Shown: positions 1-10,431, numbered from the stretch's first letter. The stretch: 64,000 nucleotides of DNA from an uncultured Actinomycetes bacterium (GCA_963821415.1 CAWGEE010000007.1:725-64724), one strand, 5' to 3'. Numbers and translations: made by a program. Notes: a model not told the origin generated them from the sequence alone.

Positions 1-420
1 GATCGTCTCCGGCAGCGGGCCGAGCTCGTCTGCGAGCAGGATCAGCACCGCGTAGGGCGGCGGCTCCTCGAGATCCTTGAGCAGCGCGTCGGCGGCCTCC
101 TCGTTCAGCGAGTGCGCGGAGACGAGCAGGTAGACGCGCCACTCGGCCTCGAACGGACGCATGTGGAGGTCGCGCCGCAGCCGGCGCACCTCGTCGATGC
201 GGATCTGGTCGCCGAGCGGCTCGAGCAGGTAGAGATCGGGATGCGCCCGCCGCTCGACCCGGCCGCGGTCGCCGAGCAGGTGAGCCGCGAACGCGAGCGC
301 CGTCTTCTGCTTGCCGACACCGGGCGGGCCGTGGAACAGGTACGCATGAACCGGCCCGTCCTCCACGGCCGACTGGAGGAGGCTCTTGGCCGCGTGCTGC
401 TCGATGATCTCGTCAAACAC
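1..420 (-). CDS. holB: DNA polymerase III subunit delta-prime (5' part; gene runs off the left edge)
   Basis: Not in the ORF track because it has a GTG start and is truncated. My minus-strand translation from 420 reads VFDEIIEQHAAKSLLQSAVEDGPVHAYLFHGPPGVGKQKTALAFAAHLL..., with the clamp-loader P-loop GPPGVGK. It lies directly downstream of tmk, the classic tmk-holB pair. The GTG at 420 overlaps the tmk stop region. Confidence 0.8.
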   Translation of the reverse strand, partial: MFDEIIEQHAAKSLLQSAVEDGPVHAYLFHGPPGVGKQKTALAFAAHLLGDRGRVERRAHPDLYLLEPLGDQIRIDEVRRLRRDLHMRPFEAEWRVYLLVSAHSLNEEAADALLKDLEEPPPYAVLILLADELGPLPETI

Positions 421-1009
421 CGAGTGCCTCCCGGATGCGTGCGGCGATGTCCCACATCGGTTGCGAGCCGTCCAAGATGACGATGCGCTCCGGATAGCGC
501 CCGGCCAGCTGCTGGTAGCCGTCGGCGACGGCCGCGCGAAACGTGCCGTCCTCTCGCTCCATGCGGTCCGGCGACGGGCCGGCGCGGGCCGCCGCGACCT
601 CCGCATCGAGCAGCAGGACGAACGTGCGGTCGGGCGTGAGGTCGGCGACGCCGACGTTCAGCTCCAGGACGCGGTCGATGCCGAGCCCGCGCGCGACACC
701 CTGGTAGGCGAGCGAGGAGTCGAGGAAGCGGTCGCAGACGACGTCGCTGCCTGCCTCCAGCGCCGGGCGGATGACGCGCTCGGCCAACTCGGCCCGCGCG
801 GCGGCGAACAGCGCCGCCTCCGTCCAGGGCGCGGGCTCGTCGCCGTCGAGCAGCAGACCGCGAATCTTCTCGCCGAGCGGCGTGCCTCCTGGCTCGCGCG
901 TCGCTTCGACCTCGCGTCCCAGGCTCGTCAGATGCTCCACGAGCAGCGCCGCCTGGGTCGACTTCCCCGAGCCGTCCACGCCTTCGAACGTCACGAACAT
1001 CGGCGCCAT
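413..1009 (-). CDS. tmk: thymidylate kinase
   Basis: ORF 413..1138(-). An internal Met gives MAPMFVTFEGVDGSGKSTQ (P-loop), followed by REPGGTPLGEKIR and DRFLDSSLAYQG motifs. Length is ~198 aa. The upstream 43 codons of the ORF are read-through of the neighbouring gene. Confidence 0.93.
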   Translation of the reverse strand: MAPMFVTFEGVDGSGKSTQAALLVEHLTSLGREVEATREPGGTPLGEKIRGLLLDGDEPAPWTEAALFAAARAELAERVIRPALEAGSDVVCDRFLDSSLAYQGVARGLGIDRVLELNVGVADLTPDRTFVLLLDAEVAAARAGPSPDRMEREDGTFRAAVADGYQQLAGRYPERIVILDGSQPMWDIAARIREALGV

Positions 1010-1010
1010 C

Positions 1011-1925
1011 CTACGGCCGCGGCTGGCGCGTCGAGACCCACTCGGAGACGACCTCGAGGAGGTCGTCGTCGACGGGGCGGCGAAGCTGAGCCGGATACGC
1101 CGCCAGGCTCGGCGGGCCGCTGTCCTTTCGCAGGACATGCGTCAGGTCGTCCGGCGTGCTCCCGGTGAACAGGCCCGTGACGAGTCGTCCGATGCGCTCG
1201 ACGTCGTCCGGCTCGACCTGGATGTCGCTCCGCCCCGTGATCGCAAGCACGGCGCAGCGAATCGCGGACAGGTCGTCCTCGGGGTCGTACGCCATGTACT
1301 CCCTGAACCAGCGAGCGGGCAGACCGCCATGGGCGTCGAGAACGTCGTCTTCGCTTGCGAGCAGCGCCCGCCGGATCTTCTCCTGTCGCCGGAGGAAGCG
1401 CCGTGCTCCAAGCCTCTGGAGCCCGCGGAGCGAGCCGGCGATTCGCTCCGATTGGATTCGCATCACTTCGGCTCCCGGAGTGGCCGCGGCGGCGAGCAGC
1501 ACGACACCGGCGAGCCACTCGTATCTCGCCGCGAGCCGAATCGCGATCGTCGCGCCGACCGAGTGACCGACGATCGTGACTCGCTCCGGGTCGACTCCCT
1601 GCACGCTGCGAAGGGCGAGCAGTGCCGCGGCCGCGTCGTCGGTCTCCCGGTCGAAGCTCGTCGTGAGGTACTCACCCTCCGACTCACCAACACCACGCTT
1701 GTCGAATCGGAGCGAGGCGACGCCACGCTCGGCGAGGCTGTCGGCAAGCGAGGAGGCAACGTCGAGCGCCTGGCCGGGCATGTTCGAGTCGCGGTCGAGC
1801 GGCCCCGACCCGTTGACCAGAAGCGCAGCCGGAACGTCGCCGACTACGTCCGGGAACGTCACCGTCCCGACGAGGCGCGCACCGTCGTCGGTCGCCAGCT
1901 CGAGCCGGTCACTCGAGGGTTGCAC
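1011..1925 (-). CDS. alpha/beta-fold hydrolase
   Basis: ORF 1011..2138(-) has the nucleophile elbow GHSVG. The first ~70 ORF codons are antisense to the epimerase gene, so I moved the start to the GTG at 1925 (VQPSSDRLELATDDG...). The start is uncertain. Confidence 0.7.
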   Translation of the reverse strand: MQPSSDRLELATDDGARLVGTVTFPDVVGDVPAALLVNGSGPLDRDSNMPGQALDVASSLADSLAERGVASLRFDKRGVGESEGEYLTTSFDRETDDAAAALLALRSVQGVDPERVTIVGHSVGATIAIRLAARYEWLAGVVLLAAAATPGAEVMRIQSERIAGSLRGLQRLGARRFLRRQEKIRRALLASEDDVLDAHGGLPARWFREYMAYDPEDDLSAIRCAVLAITGRSDIQVEPDDVERIGRLVTGLFTGSTPDDLTHVLRKDSGPPSLAAYPAQLRRPVDDDLLEVVSEWVSTRQPRP

Positions 1926-1943
1926 GGACCATAGGATGCATCC

Positions 1944-2842
1944 GTGCGGGCGGTCGTCACCGGAGGCGCGGGCTTCATCGGCTCGCACGTCGTGGATGCG
2001 CTCGTCGCGCGCGGCGACGAGGTGACGGTCGTCGACGACCTGTCGACCGGACGGCGCGAGAACGTCAACCCTGCGGCCCGCCTCGTCGAGCACGACATCC
2101 GCGAGCCGTTCGAGATCGAGGCGGACACCGTCTTCCACCTCGCGGCGCAGGCCGACGTCGTCACCTCGGTCGAGCGGCCGACCTTCGACGCCGAGGTCAA
2201 CGTCATCGGCCTGTTGCGTGTCCTGGAGGCCGCGCCGGAGCCGGCGCCCAGGTCGTCTTCACGTCGACCGGCGGCGCGATCTACGGCGAGTGCGCGCGCC
2301 CCGCGCGCGAAGACGACCCTCGCGAGCCCTTCTCGCCGTACGGCACGTCGAAGCTCGCCGGCGAGGAGTACCTCGCCACCTGGAATCGCCTGCACGGAAC
2401 GCGGCACGTCGCGCTGAGGCTCGCCAACGTCTACGGGCCTCGCCAGCTGCCGACCCTCGAAGGCGGCGTGATCGCGATCTTCCTCAACCGGATGGGGGCC
2501 GGTGAGGAGACGATCGTGTACGGCGACGGGCTCCAGTCGCGGGACTTCGTCCACGTCGGGGACGTGGCGCGTGCGCTGCTCGCAGCCGTCGGCGCGACGC
2601 CGGGCGTCTACAACATCGGCACGGGCGTCGACACGAGGATCGTCGACCTGCACGCGCTGTGCCGCCGCGCGACCGGAACCGAGGGTGACCCCACGTTTGC
2701 CGATCCGCGGCCGGGCGAGATTCTCCGCAGCGTGCTCGACCCGTCGGCCGCTGAACGGGAGCTCGGCTGGCGGGCGGAGATGGGCCTCGAAGAGGGCCTG
2801 CGCAAGACGTGGGAGGAGTCGGAGGGGCAAGCGCCGAAGTGA
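1944..2842 (+). pseudogene. NAD-dependent sugar epimerase/dehydratase (GalE-like), frame broken once
   Basis: ORF 1944..2417 begins MRAVVTGGAGFIGSHVVDAL (Rossmann GxxGxxG). After ~2235 the family sequence (AGAGAQVVFTSTGGAIYGE...SPYGTSKLAGEEY, the YxxxK motif) continues in the frame of ORF 2468..2842, a -1 shift. TAGGAT (1932-1937)-N6-GTG suggests a leaderless start. Confidence 0.8.
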
Positions 2843-2852
2843 CCCGGGCGCC

Positions 2853-3389
2853 GTGGAGTCATCAGTCTCGACAACCGACGCGCTGGTCCGACCCTGGCGC
2901 ACCGCGACAATCGTCGCCACACTCGTCGCGGCTGTAGAGCTCTTCATCCTCATCGGCTTCGCGGTCGCGCTCTTCGGTCCACCGGTGCTCGACTGGGCGC
3001 AGGGTACGAAGGAGAGCAGCGCTGCGCCGGCGGCCAAGCAGGACAAACCGGCCGCTGCCGAGCAGCCACCCGCACAGGAGGCGAAGCCGGCGGCGCCAAG
3101 GCTCGCGCGCACGGAGACGTCCGTGCTCGTCCTCAACGGGAACGGCATCGCCGGCGCCGCCGCGTCGGCCGGGCAGCTCGTGCGCCACAAGGGCTACGTC
3201 GTGGCCGCGGTCGGCAATGCGCCGCGGAGCGACTACCGGCGCAGCGTCGTCATGTACCGGCCCGGCTACGCGCCCGAGGCGGCGCGGTTCGCGCGTGACC
3301 TCGGCATGAAGGTCGTCTCACCGCTCGACGGGTTGCGCCGGAAGGACCTCATGGGCGCGCACGTCGCCGTCGTCCTCGGCGCCAGCTAG
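2853..3389 (+). CDS. LytR_C-domain membrane protein (cell-envelope associated)
   Basis: Distal part of ORF 2502..3389, with a GTG at 2853 just after the epimerase stop. It has an N-terminal TM helix (TATIVATLVAAVELFILIGFAVALF), a Pro/Ala/Lys-rich linker, then VLVLNGNGIAGAAASAGQLVRHKGYVV...VVMYRPGY, typical of LytR_C. Confidence 0.6.
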   Translation: MESSVSTTDALVRPWRTATIVATLVAAVELFILIGFAVALFGPPVLDWAQGTKESSAAPAAKQDKPAAAEQPPAQEAKPAAPRLARTETSVLVLNGNGIAGAAASAGQLVRHKGYVVAAVGNAPRSDYRRSVVMYRPGYAPEAARFARDLGMKVVSPLDGLRRKDLMGAHVAVVLGAS

Positions 3390-5316
3390 CGGCCTTCGAC
3401 CTTGGCGCGGGCCTGGTCGAGCAGGCCTCCCGGGAGACCCGCAGGCCCGTACGGGTCGAGGCCGTACGCTCGGTCGAGGTGGATGTACGCGTCCCGGTAG
3501 CGGCGTAGCTCGAACTCGTAGGCGCCGAGCGCAAACCACGTGTCGGAGTTCTCGGGCTGGAGTTCCGTCGCCTGGAGATAGCGGTCGAGCGTCCCGCGCG
3601 GGATTCCTTGCCGTCGCCTCCGCGAGCGCCCACGCCCAGAGCGGCTCGACCGACAGCGGATTGAGATCGTGAGCCTGGCGCGCGGCGGATCGTGCGGCCC
3701 CTGCGTCGCCTCTGGCGATGGCCGAGTACGCGTCCTCGACTCTGCGCTGCGAGATCCAGGGTGCGGTGATCGAGTAGAGGACGGCGAGCGCGACGACTCC
3801 CGCGCCGAGCGCGAGCGCGCGGACGGCTCCGCGGCGCCCCCGGCAAGCGGCCCGCCGACAGCAGCACGCCCGTCGCTACCAGCACAGGAGCCGAGGCGGC
3901 CACGAAGTCCCAGTCGATGTCGGCCAGCGCGTGCAGCAGGTAGACGGGCAGCAGCACGGCGAGCGCCGTGGCCGCCGGCTGCTCGTCACCGTCCAGCCGT
4001 CTCAGCGCCTCGCGGCATGCGAGCAGGGCGAGGCCTGCGGCGCCGATGCCCAACAGCAGGCCGACGATTCCCAGCTCTGCCAAGCGACTGGACGCCGATG
4101 TTGTGCGGCTCCTCCGTGACGACCGAGCCGACGCGCAGCGGGCGGCGGGCGATCTCGAACGTGTGCGCGCCGTGGCCTCCGGCGGGCTCGTCGCGAAAGA
4201 GCTCCCACGACTCCTGCCACCACGTCCAGCGGTTGTTCGAGCTCAGCTCGGCCAGCCGCCCCGAGCCCTGCGCGACGTCCCCGCCGCGGAACTCGTCGAA
4301 CCACTCGTCCGGACCGCCGACGGCGATCGTGGCAGCGATGACCGCGACCGCCGCCAGACCGGCGAGCGCTGCCGCGAGCGTGATCGTCCAGACGCGCCGC
4401 TCCTCGTTCGAGAAGCGCTCGCCCAGCCGCGCGCCGTAGTGGGAGAGCGCGAGCGCAGCCGCACCTCCGATCACGAGGACGAGCGCGAACCAGGCGCCCG
4501 CTCGCTCACGCGTGCGCGGAGGTCTGGAGGTGGTCGACGAGCCCCGGCTGCGTCGAACGCCCACGCCGCGACGACGAGCCCTGGCCCGGCGCCTGCGATG
4601 AGCATCAGCAGCCCCTCGAAGCGGTCGCGACACAGCCAGAGCCAGAGCCCGACACCCACCGCAGCGACGACGATGCCCGCCCGCGAGTACGTCAGCACGA
4701 GGGCGATCGACGCGACGTAGAGGAGGACGATGCCGCCGGCGCGCACGACGCGCGCATGCCGGCGCCCGGCCGCCAGCCACAAGCCGAGCGGCAACGCCAG
4801 GGCCGCGATCAGCGCCAGCGCGTTCCAGTAGCCGATCGGGTTCCGTAGCCGAGCCACGCGCGCCCCGTCCGGGAACAAGCCCGGGAAGACCTTGCCCAGC
4901 AGCGCCCACCCCAGCACGCCGAGAAACAGCGCCGCGAGCAGTCCCGCGGTCATCGCACGGGCCGTCCGACGCACGAGCGCCCCCACGTACAGCCCGACCA
5001 CGGCGAGCGCGAGATACGCGAGCCCCCGGTTCAGATACGCCCACGACCGGTCGGGCGCGATCGACCAGACGATCGTCAGTCCGCCCCAGAGGACGAAGGC
5101 CGCGAACAGGCCGAGCGCTAACCAGCCATGTTTCGTCGGCGTCGGACAGGGAAGAAAGCCGAGCAGCGTCGCGAATACCAGGACCAGTGCCGTCAGCGAA
5201 GCAACGATTCCAATCCAGAACAGCCGCCCGTCACTCGAGCCGTGACCGAAGAAGAGCGCGACCACCAGCAGCGCGCCCGCGACGCCGAGGACCGAAAGCC
5301 CTGCGGCCGCTCGCAT
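3386..5316 (-). pseudogene. O-antigen ligase/polymerase (Wzy_C)-like polytopic membrane protein with C-terminal TPR-like tail; at least 4 frame breaks
   Basis: ORFs 4471..5316, 3986..5044 and 3349..4083 (all minus) each carry a consecutive piece: many TM helices, YSRAGIVVAAVGVGLWL, NNRWTWWQESWELFRDEP, HNIGVQ/LAELGIVGLLLG. The tail DTWFALGAYEFELRRYRDAYIHLDRAYGLDPYGPAG...AKVEGR is in yet another frame. Breaks lie near 4530, 4085, 3850 and 3620. Confidence 0.6.
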
Positions 5317-5522
5317 CGATCGAAGCTAGCACAGGCTCTTTCCCGGACTCACTCTTTACAGACACCTAACGGCGGGCAATCGTGCCGTCATGGCCATGGA
5401 CGAGACTGCGAGCAGTTCCTGCCGAGGGATCGGCAGGCATTTGCGTAGACTCAACCCCGACGTACGGACGAAACCTGATCCCACTCCGACGCCAAGCCTC
5501 GTGAAAAGCCGCCCTCCAGACA

Positions 5523-6142
5523 GTGCTGCTCGTGCTCGTCGCCGCCGCGGGAGCACTGCTCCTCGCCGGCCCGGCCGCCGCGAAGGAGCCCTGCTGGAAG
5601 ACGCTGATCGACGACTGGTACGACGGCCGGATCGACAACGTCTATCCCGTGGCGTGCTACCGAGCAGCGCTGGAGCACATGCCCGAGGACGTCGCCCAGT
5701 ACTCGACGCTCGGCGACGACATCAACCGCGCGCTCCAGGCAGCCATCGCCGCGGAGAGCTCTGGCGGGGGATCGAACGGCAACTCGTCCGGCAACCCTCC
5801 GGCGACTCGATCGGGCGTGAAGGGCGAGACCAGCTCGAACTCGAGCACCGACACGAGCACGTTCTACGGCGGGCCCACCGCGGAGCGCGAAGGCGCGGTG
5901 CTCGCCTCGGACGGACGTGACCCGGCGGCGGGGCGGTCGGCCAGGCGCTGGATTCCATCGGCCCGGGCGACGCGGACTCCGTGCCCGTGCCGCTACTCGT
6001 GCTGGCCGCGCTCTCCATCCTGCTGCTGACGCTGGGAGCCGCCGGCTTCGTTGCCCGGCGGGTGCAGACACGTCGCGCAACCGTCGGTCCTCGCGGCGAC
6101 GCTGAGCGACCGCGTTTCCGTCCGACTCCGGCTCTACGCTAG
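5523..6142 (+). pseudogene. secreted, C-terminally membrane-anchored 2-Cys domain protein (paralog 1), one frame break
   Basis: ORF 5523..6029 has a signal peptide (MLLVLVAAAGALLLAGPAAA), then KEPCWKTLIDDWYDGRIDNVYPVACYRAALEHMPEDVAQYSTLGDDINRAL and a Ser/Gly-rich linker. After ~5930 the plausible continuation (DSVPVPLLVLAALSILLLTLGAAGFVARRVQTRR, a TM anchor) is in the -1 frame and ends at TAG 6140-6142. Confidence 0.6.
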
Positions 6143-6219
6143 CCGGTCCGTTCGGTTTCGCGACCCTCCGCGGCCGCGCGGGAGAACATAGGAGTCACTC
6201 GATGCCCGGGAGGCACAAT

Positions 6220-8984
6220 ATGGCGACCGTGAAGACAGACGAGATCACCGACACCCTGTTCGAGAATTCGGTGCTCGACGCCGAGCGACACACCGGCGTT
6301 CGCCGCTACTTCACGATCCCTGGCCGCGACCCGTTCGAGGAGATCGAATGGGAGATGCGCGACGCGTTCATCCCCGGCAAGGACAAGCCGGCCTTCGAGC
6401 AGAAGGGCGTCGAGTTCCCGAAGTTCTGGTCGCAGACGGCCACCAACATCGTCGCCCAGAAGTACTTCCGCGGCCAGCTCGGCTCCCCCGAGCGCGAGTG
6501 GAGCGTGCGCCAGATGATCGGCCGCGTCGTCTCCACGATCGGCGGCTGGGGCCGCGAGGGCGAGTACTTCGCGGACGAGGAAGAGGCCGAGACGTTCGAG
6601 GCCGAGCTGAAGACGATCCTCGTCAACCAGCTCGCGTCGTTCAACTCCCCGGTGCTGGTTCAACGTCGGGTTCGAGGAGAAGCCGCAGTGCTCGGCGTGC
6701 TTCATCCTCTCCATCGACGACTCCATGGAGTCGATCCTCGACTGGATCCGCCGCGAGGGCGTCATCTTCCGCGGCGGCTCCGGCTCGGGCGTCAACCTGT
6801 CGCGGCTGCGCTCGTCGAAGGAGCAGCTGTCGAAGGGCGGCTACGCCTCCGGGCCGGTGTCGTTCATGCGCGGCGCCGACGCGTCCGCCGGCACGATCAA
6901 GTCGGGCGGCAAGACGCGGCGCGCGGCGAAGATGGTCGTGCTCGACGTCGACCACCCGGACATCGAAGAGTTCATCTGGTGCAAGGCGAAGGAGGAGCGC
7001 AAGGCGCGCGTGCTCGAGGCGGCGGGCTACGACATGTCGCTCGACTCGCCCGACTGGGCGTCGATCCAGTACCAGAACGCCAACAACTCCGTGCGCGTGA
7101 CGGACGCGTTCATGCAGGCGGCCGAAGAAGGCGCGGAGTGGAATTTGAATGCACGCACCGATGGCACAGTCGTCGACACGGTCGACGCGCGCGGCCTGCT
7201 GCTCGAGATGGCCGACGCGGCGTGGCAGTGCGCCGACCCGGGCGTCCAGTACGACACGACGATCAACGCCTGGCACACGTGCCCCAACTCGGGCCGCATC
7301 AACGCCTCCAACCCGTGCTCGGAGTACATGCACCTCGACGACTCGGCGTGCAACCTCGCGTCGCTCAACCTCATGAAGTTCCGCCGCGACGACGGCGAGC
7401 TCGACGTCGAGGCGTTCGAGCACGCGGTCGACGTCGTGTTCCTCGCCCAGGAGATCGTCGTCGGCTACTCGTCGTACCCGACGCAGCAGATCGAGCGCAA
7501 CGCGCGGGCGTACCGCGAGCTCGGCCTGGGCTACGCGAACCTCGGCGCGCTGCTGATGGCGCGCAGCCTGCCCTACGACTCCGACGAGGGACGCGCGTAC
7601 GCCGCCGCCGTGACGGCGCTCATGACCGGCCGTGCCTACCGCAAGTCGGCCGAGATCGCGTCGCGCATGGGCCCGTTCGCCGGCTACCAGCCGAACGCGG
7701 CGGCCATGACCGGCGTGATCGCGAAGCACCGCGCGGCGGTCGGCAACATCGAGCACACCGAATCGGTGCCGAACGACCTGCTCGCGGCTGCCCGCAAGTC
7801 CTGGGACGACGCGCTCGACGCCGGCGAGGTCAACGGCTTCCGCAACTCGCAGGCCACCGTGCTGGCGCCGACCGGGACGATCAGCTTCATGATGGATTGC
7901 GACACGACCGGCGTCGAGCCCGACTTCTCGCTCGTGAAGTCGAAGAAGCTCGTCGGCGGCGGCGAGATCACGATCGTCAACAAGACCGTGCCGATGGCGC
8001 TCGAGAAGCTCGGCTACGCGCCCGAGGAGGTCGAGGAGATCGTGGCCTTCGTCGACGAGCGCAACACCGTCGTCGGCGCGCCGTTCGTGAAGGCCGAGCA
8101 CTACCCGATCTTCGACTGCGCCATCGGCGACCGCGCCATCCACTACTCCGGCCACGTGAAGATGATGGGCGCCGTCCAGCCGTTCATCTCCGGCGCCATC
8201 TCGAAGACCGTGAACATGCCGGAGACGGTCACCGTCGAGGAGGTGCGCGACCTCTTCGTCGACGCCTGGAAGCTCGGCGTGAAGGCGATCGCCATCTACC
8301 GCGACAACTGCAAGGTCGCGCAGCCGCTGTCCTCGAAGGAGAAGGCGACGGTCGCGCGCTCTGGTGCCCGGCGTGACGCTCGCGCCGCAGCGACGGAGGC
8401 TGCCCGAGGACCGCACCGAGGTCGGCCGGAAGTTCCGCGTCGGCGAGTACGAGGGCTACATCCACGTCGGCCTGTTCGACGACGGGACGCCCGGCGACAT
8501 CTTCGTGGACATCGCGAAGGAGGGCACGACGCTCGCCGGCCTCATGAACTCGTTCATGATCTCCGTCTCGCTCGGCCTCCAGTACGGCGTGCCGCTCGAG
8601 GTCTACGTCTCGAAGTTCTCGCACATGCGCTTCGAGCCGGCGGGTGCGACGAACGACCCGGACATCCGCATCGCGAAGTCGATCGTCGACTACATCTTCC
8701 GCTGGATGGGCAAGAAGTTCCTCACGGTCGACCAGCAGGAGGAGATCGGCATCCTCTCGGCCGAGGTGCGAGCGCGGCTAGCGGAGCGCTACGCGGACGG
8801 CGAGGGCAAGCCGGCGAGCGCGGAGACGGCATCGGTGCCGCTCGAGGCGCCCCCGCCCGGCCAGACGGCGCTCTTCAACACGCACGAAGACGCCGTCGAG
8901 TGCGCCCGCTGCGGCGGCCGCATGGTGCGGACAGGCTCCTGCTACACGTGCAGGGACTGCGGCACCAACACCGGCTGCTCGTAA
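6220..8984 (+). pseudogene. nrdJ: class II (adenosylcobalamin-dependent) ribonucleotide reductase, two frame breaks
   Basis: There are three consecutive pieces: the frame of ORF 6202, ORF 6725..9028 and ORF 8364..8984. Hallmarks are QKYFRGQLGSPERE, FNSPV/WFNVG, GSGSGVNLSRLRSS, NPCSEYMHLDDSACNLASLNL, and the Cys-rich C-terminal tail ECARCGGRMVRTGSCYTCRDCG. Breaks lie at 6655 (extra C in CCGGTGcTGGTTC) and ~8355-8380. A GGGAGG SD sits 7 nt before ATG 6220. Confidence 0.9.
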
Positions 8985-9270
8985 GCCGACGAGCCGGGCC
9001 GCCGGGATTCTCACAGCTTCGGCTGTAGCCGTCTCGATGGGTCCCATGCCAACGCCTCACCGAGAGGTGTTGTGACCGCCTCCGAAAAGCAAGGCCCTCC
9101 CGGAGATAGGCCACCGCATCGTACGCGGCCTGTCGCGCGCCCTCGACGTCGGCCTCGGATGGCTTGTAGCCCAAATGGACTACTCGATTCCTAAGGGCAT
9201 AGCCACACCGCCACCAGTCCGCGATGGGATCCTGACTCACGCTCAGATCGATCAGGGACGTTGGCGTCAC
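8875..9270 (-). CDS. orphan ORF fragment with a HEPN-like Rx4H motif (only the part above ~8985 is plausible)
   Basis: The ORF starts with GTG at 9270 and contains ALRNRVVHLGY (R-x4-H at 9175-9192). It lies in a visibly lower-GC patch (9030-9470). Its 3' part overlaps the nrdJ tail and is Arg/Cys-rich nonsense. Confidence 0.2.
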   Translation of the reverse strand: MTPTSLIDLSVSQDPIADWWRCGYALRNRVVHLGYKPSEADVEGARQAAYDAVAYLREGLAFRRRSQHLSVRRWHGTHRDGYSRSCENPGGPARRLTSSRCWCRSPCTCSRSLSAPCGRRSGRTRRRLRAC

Positions 9271-9474
9271 TTCCCGAGATGGTCAGCTTACCTGATTCTT
9301 GAGTCCGGACTGATCGGGAGCATACGATCGCTGGCTCGAGGTCGTGATCGAGCGTGCATCGGAGCGGAGCACGGACGGACGCCTTCGTCGGCCTGCTTCA
9401 CCGAGGACGCCGGCTACGCCTCGGGCGGGCCCGTGGGACGAGCCGCTGCCGGGCTGATCGCCTAGGCTCCCGGC

Positions 9475-9939
9475 ATGAAGATCTTCAACCTCAACAGCGA
9501 CGAGTGGGACGGGACGAGGGACCGCGAGGGCTGGCGCGTCAAGGGCGCGCTTGTCGGCCAACGCATCGGCGGTGAGCTAATCGGCGCGACCATGTCCGAG
9601 GTCGAGCCTGGCAGCAGGCTCTGGCCCTACCACACGCACTACCTGAACGAGGAATGGGTGATCGTGCTCCGCGGCGAGCCGACGCTGCGCACGCCCGAAG
9701 GTGAGCATGTGTTGAAGGAGGGTGACGTCGTCTGCTTTCCGCGGGGCAAGGACGGTGCGCATCAGATCATCAACCGAACAGACTCGCCTATTCGCGTACT
9801 CATGCTCTCCTCGATGGTCCGCGGCGAGATCATCGAGTACCTCGACACCGGAAAGGTGCTCGCCAAGGGCGTCGACGACGAAGACATCTTGTTCGCGAGG
9901 CCCGGACCCGCGGTCGAGTACTGGGAAGACGAGGACTAG
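9475..9939 (+). CDS. cupin-domain protein
   Basis: ORF 9475..9939 carries cupin motifs (PYHTHYLNEEWVIVLRGE ... GDVVCFPRGKDGAHQIIN). TAGGCT (9463-9468)-N6-ATG. Confidence 0.85.
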   Translation: MKIFNLNSDEWDGTRDREGWRVKGALVGQRIGGELIGATMSEVEPGSRLWPYHTHYLNEEWVIVLRGEPTLRTPEGEHVLKEGDVVCFPRGKDGAHQIINRTDSPIRVLMLSSMVRGEIIEYLDTGKVLAKGVDDEDILFARPGPAVEYWEDED

Positions 9940-9952
9940 ACGGCTCCGCGGC

Positions 9953-10418
9953 ATGAAGGTCTTCAACCTCAACAGCGACGAGTGGGATCGCACGGAGGAT
10001 CGCGAGGGTTGGCGCATCAAGGACGCCTGGGTCGGCGCGCACATCGACGCCGAGCTGATCGGCGCAAGCATGTACGAGGTCGAGCCGGGGAACAAGCAGG
10101 GGCCATTCCACACGCACCACGCGAACGAGGAGTGGGTGATCGTCCTCCGCGGCGAGCCGACGCTCCGCACGCACGAGGGCGAGCAGGTGCTGCGCGAGGG
10201 CGACGTGGTCGCCTTCCCCCGCGGCAAGGAGGGCGCGCACCAGATCCGCAACGACACGGACGCGCCGATCCGCGTGCTCATGCTCTCGACGCTCGATCGC
10301 GCCGGACATCGTCGAGTACCTCGACACCGGCAAGATCGGCGCGCGGAGCGTCGCCGGCGACCGGATCCTGTTCGCTCGCCCCGGGCCTGAGCTCGAGTAC
10401 TGGGAAGACGAGGACTAG
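9953..10418 (+). pseudogene. cupin-domain protein, tandem paralog of 9475..9939, one frame break near the 3' end
   Basis: MKVFNLNSDEWDRTEDREGWRIKDAW...FHTHHANEEWVIVLRGEPTLRTHEGE parallels the upstream cupin residue for residue. After ~10300 the homologous tail PDIVEYLDTGKIGARSVAGDRILFARPGPELEYWEDED is in the +1 frame and ends at TAG 10416-10418. Confidence 0.75.
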
Positions 10419-10431
10419 GGAGAACTCGGCT

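Noticed and set aside
6143-6219. NrdR box pair or a cobalamin riboswitch upstream of nrdJ.
   Set aside because: Only a weak half-match exists (CACAATATGG, overlapping the start codon). There are no tandem 16-bp palindromes at the usual ~31-bp spacing. The 77-nt spacer is too short for a B12 riboswitch and lacks a B12-box-like core. The imperfect hairpin CTCCGCGGCCGCGCGGGAG is more simply the terminator of the upstream gene.
9013-9026. Small UUCG hairpin (ACAGC-TTCG-GCTGT) after nrdJ considered as a terminator.
   Set aside because: The stem is only 5 bp with no U-tract, so it is too weak to call.
9175-9465. The 96-aa plus-strand ORF in the low-GC patch considered as a possible antitoxin partner of the HEPN-like fragment.
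   Set aside because: It overlaps the HEPN-like ORF antisense rather than sitting next to it. It has no start signal and no recognisable MNT or HTH features, and it ends in Gly/Ala/Arg-rich nonsense.
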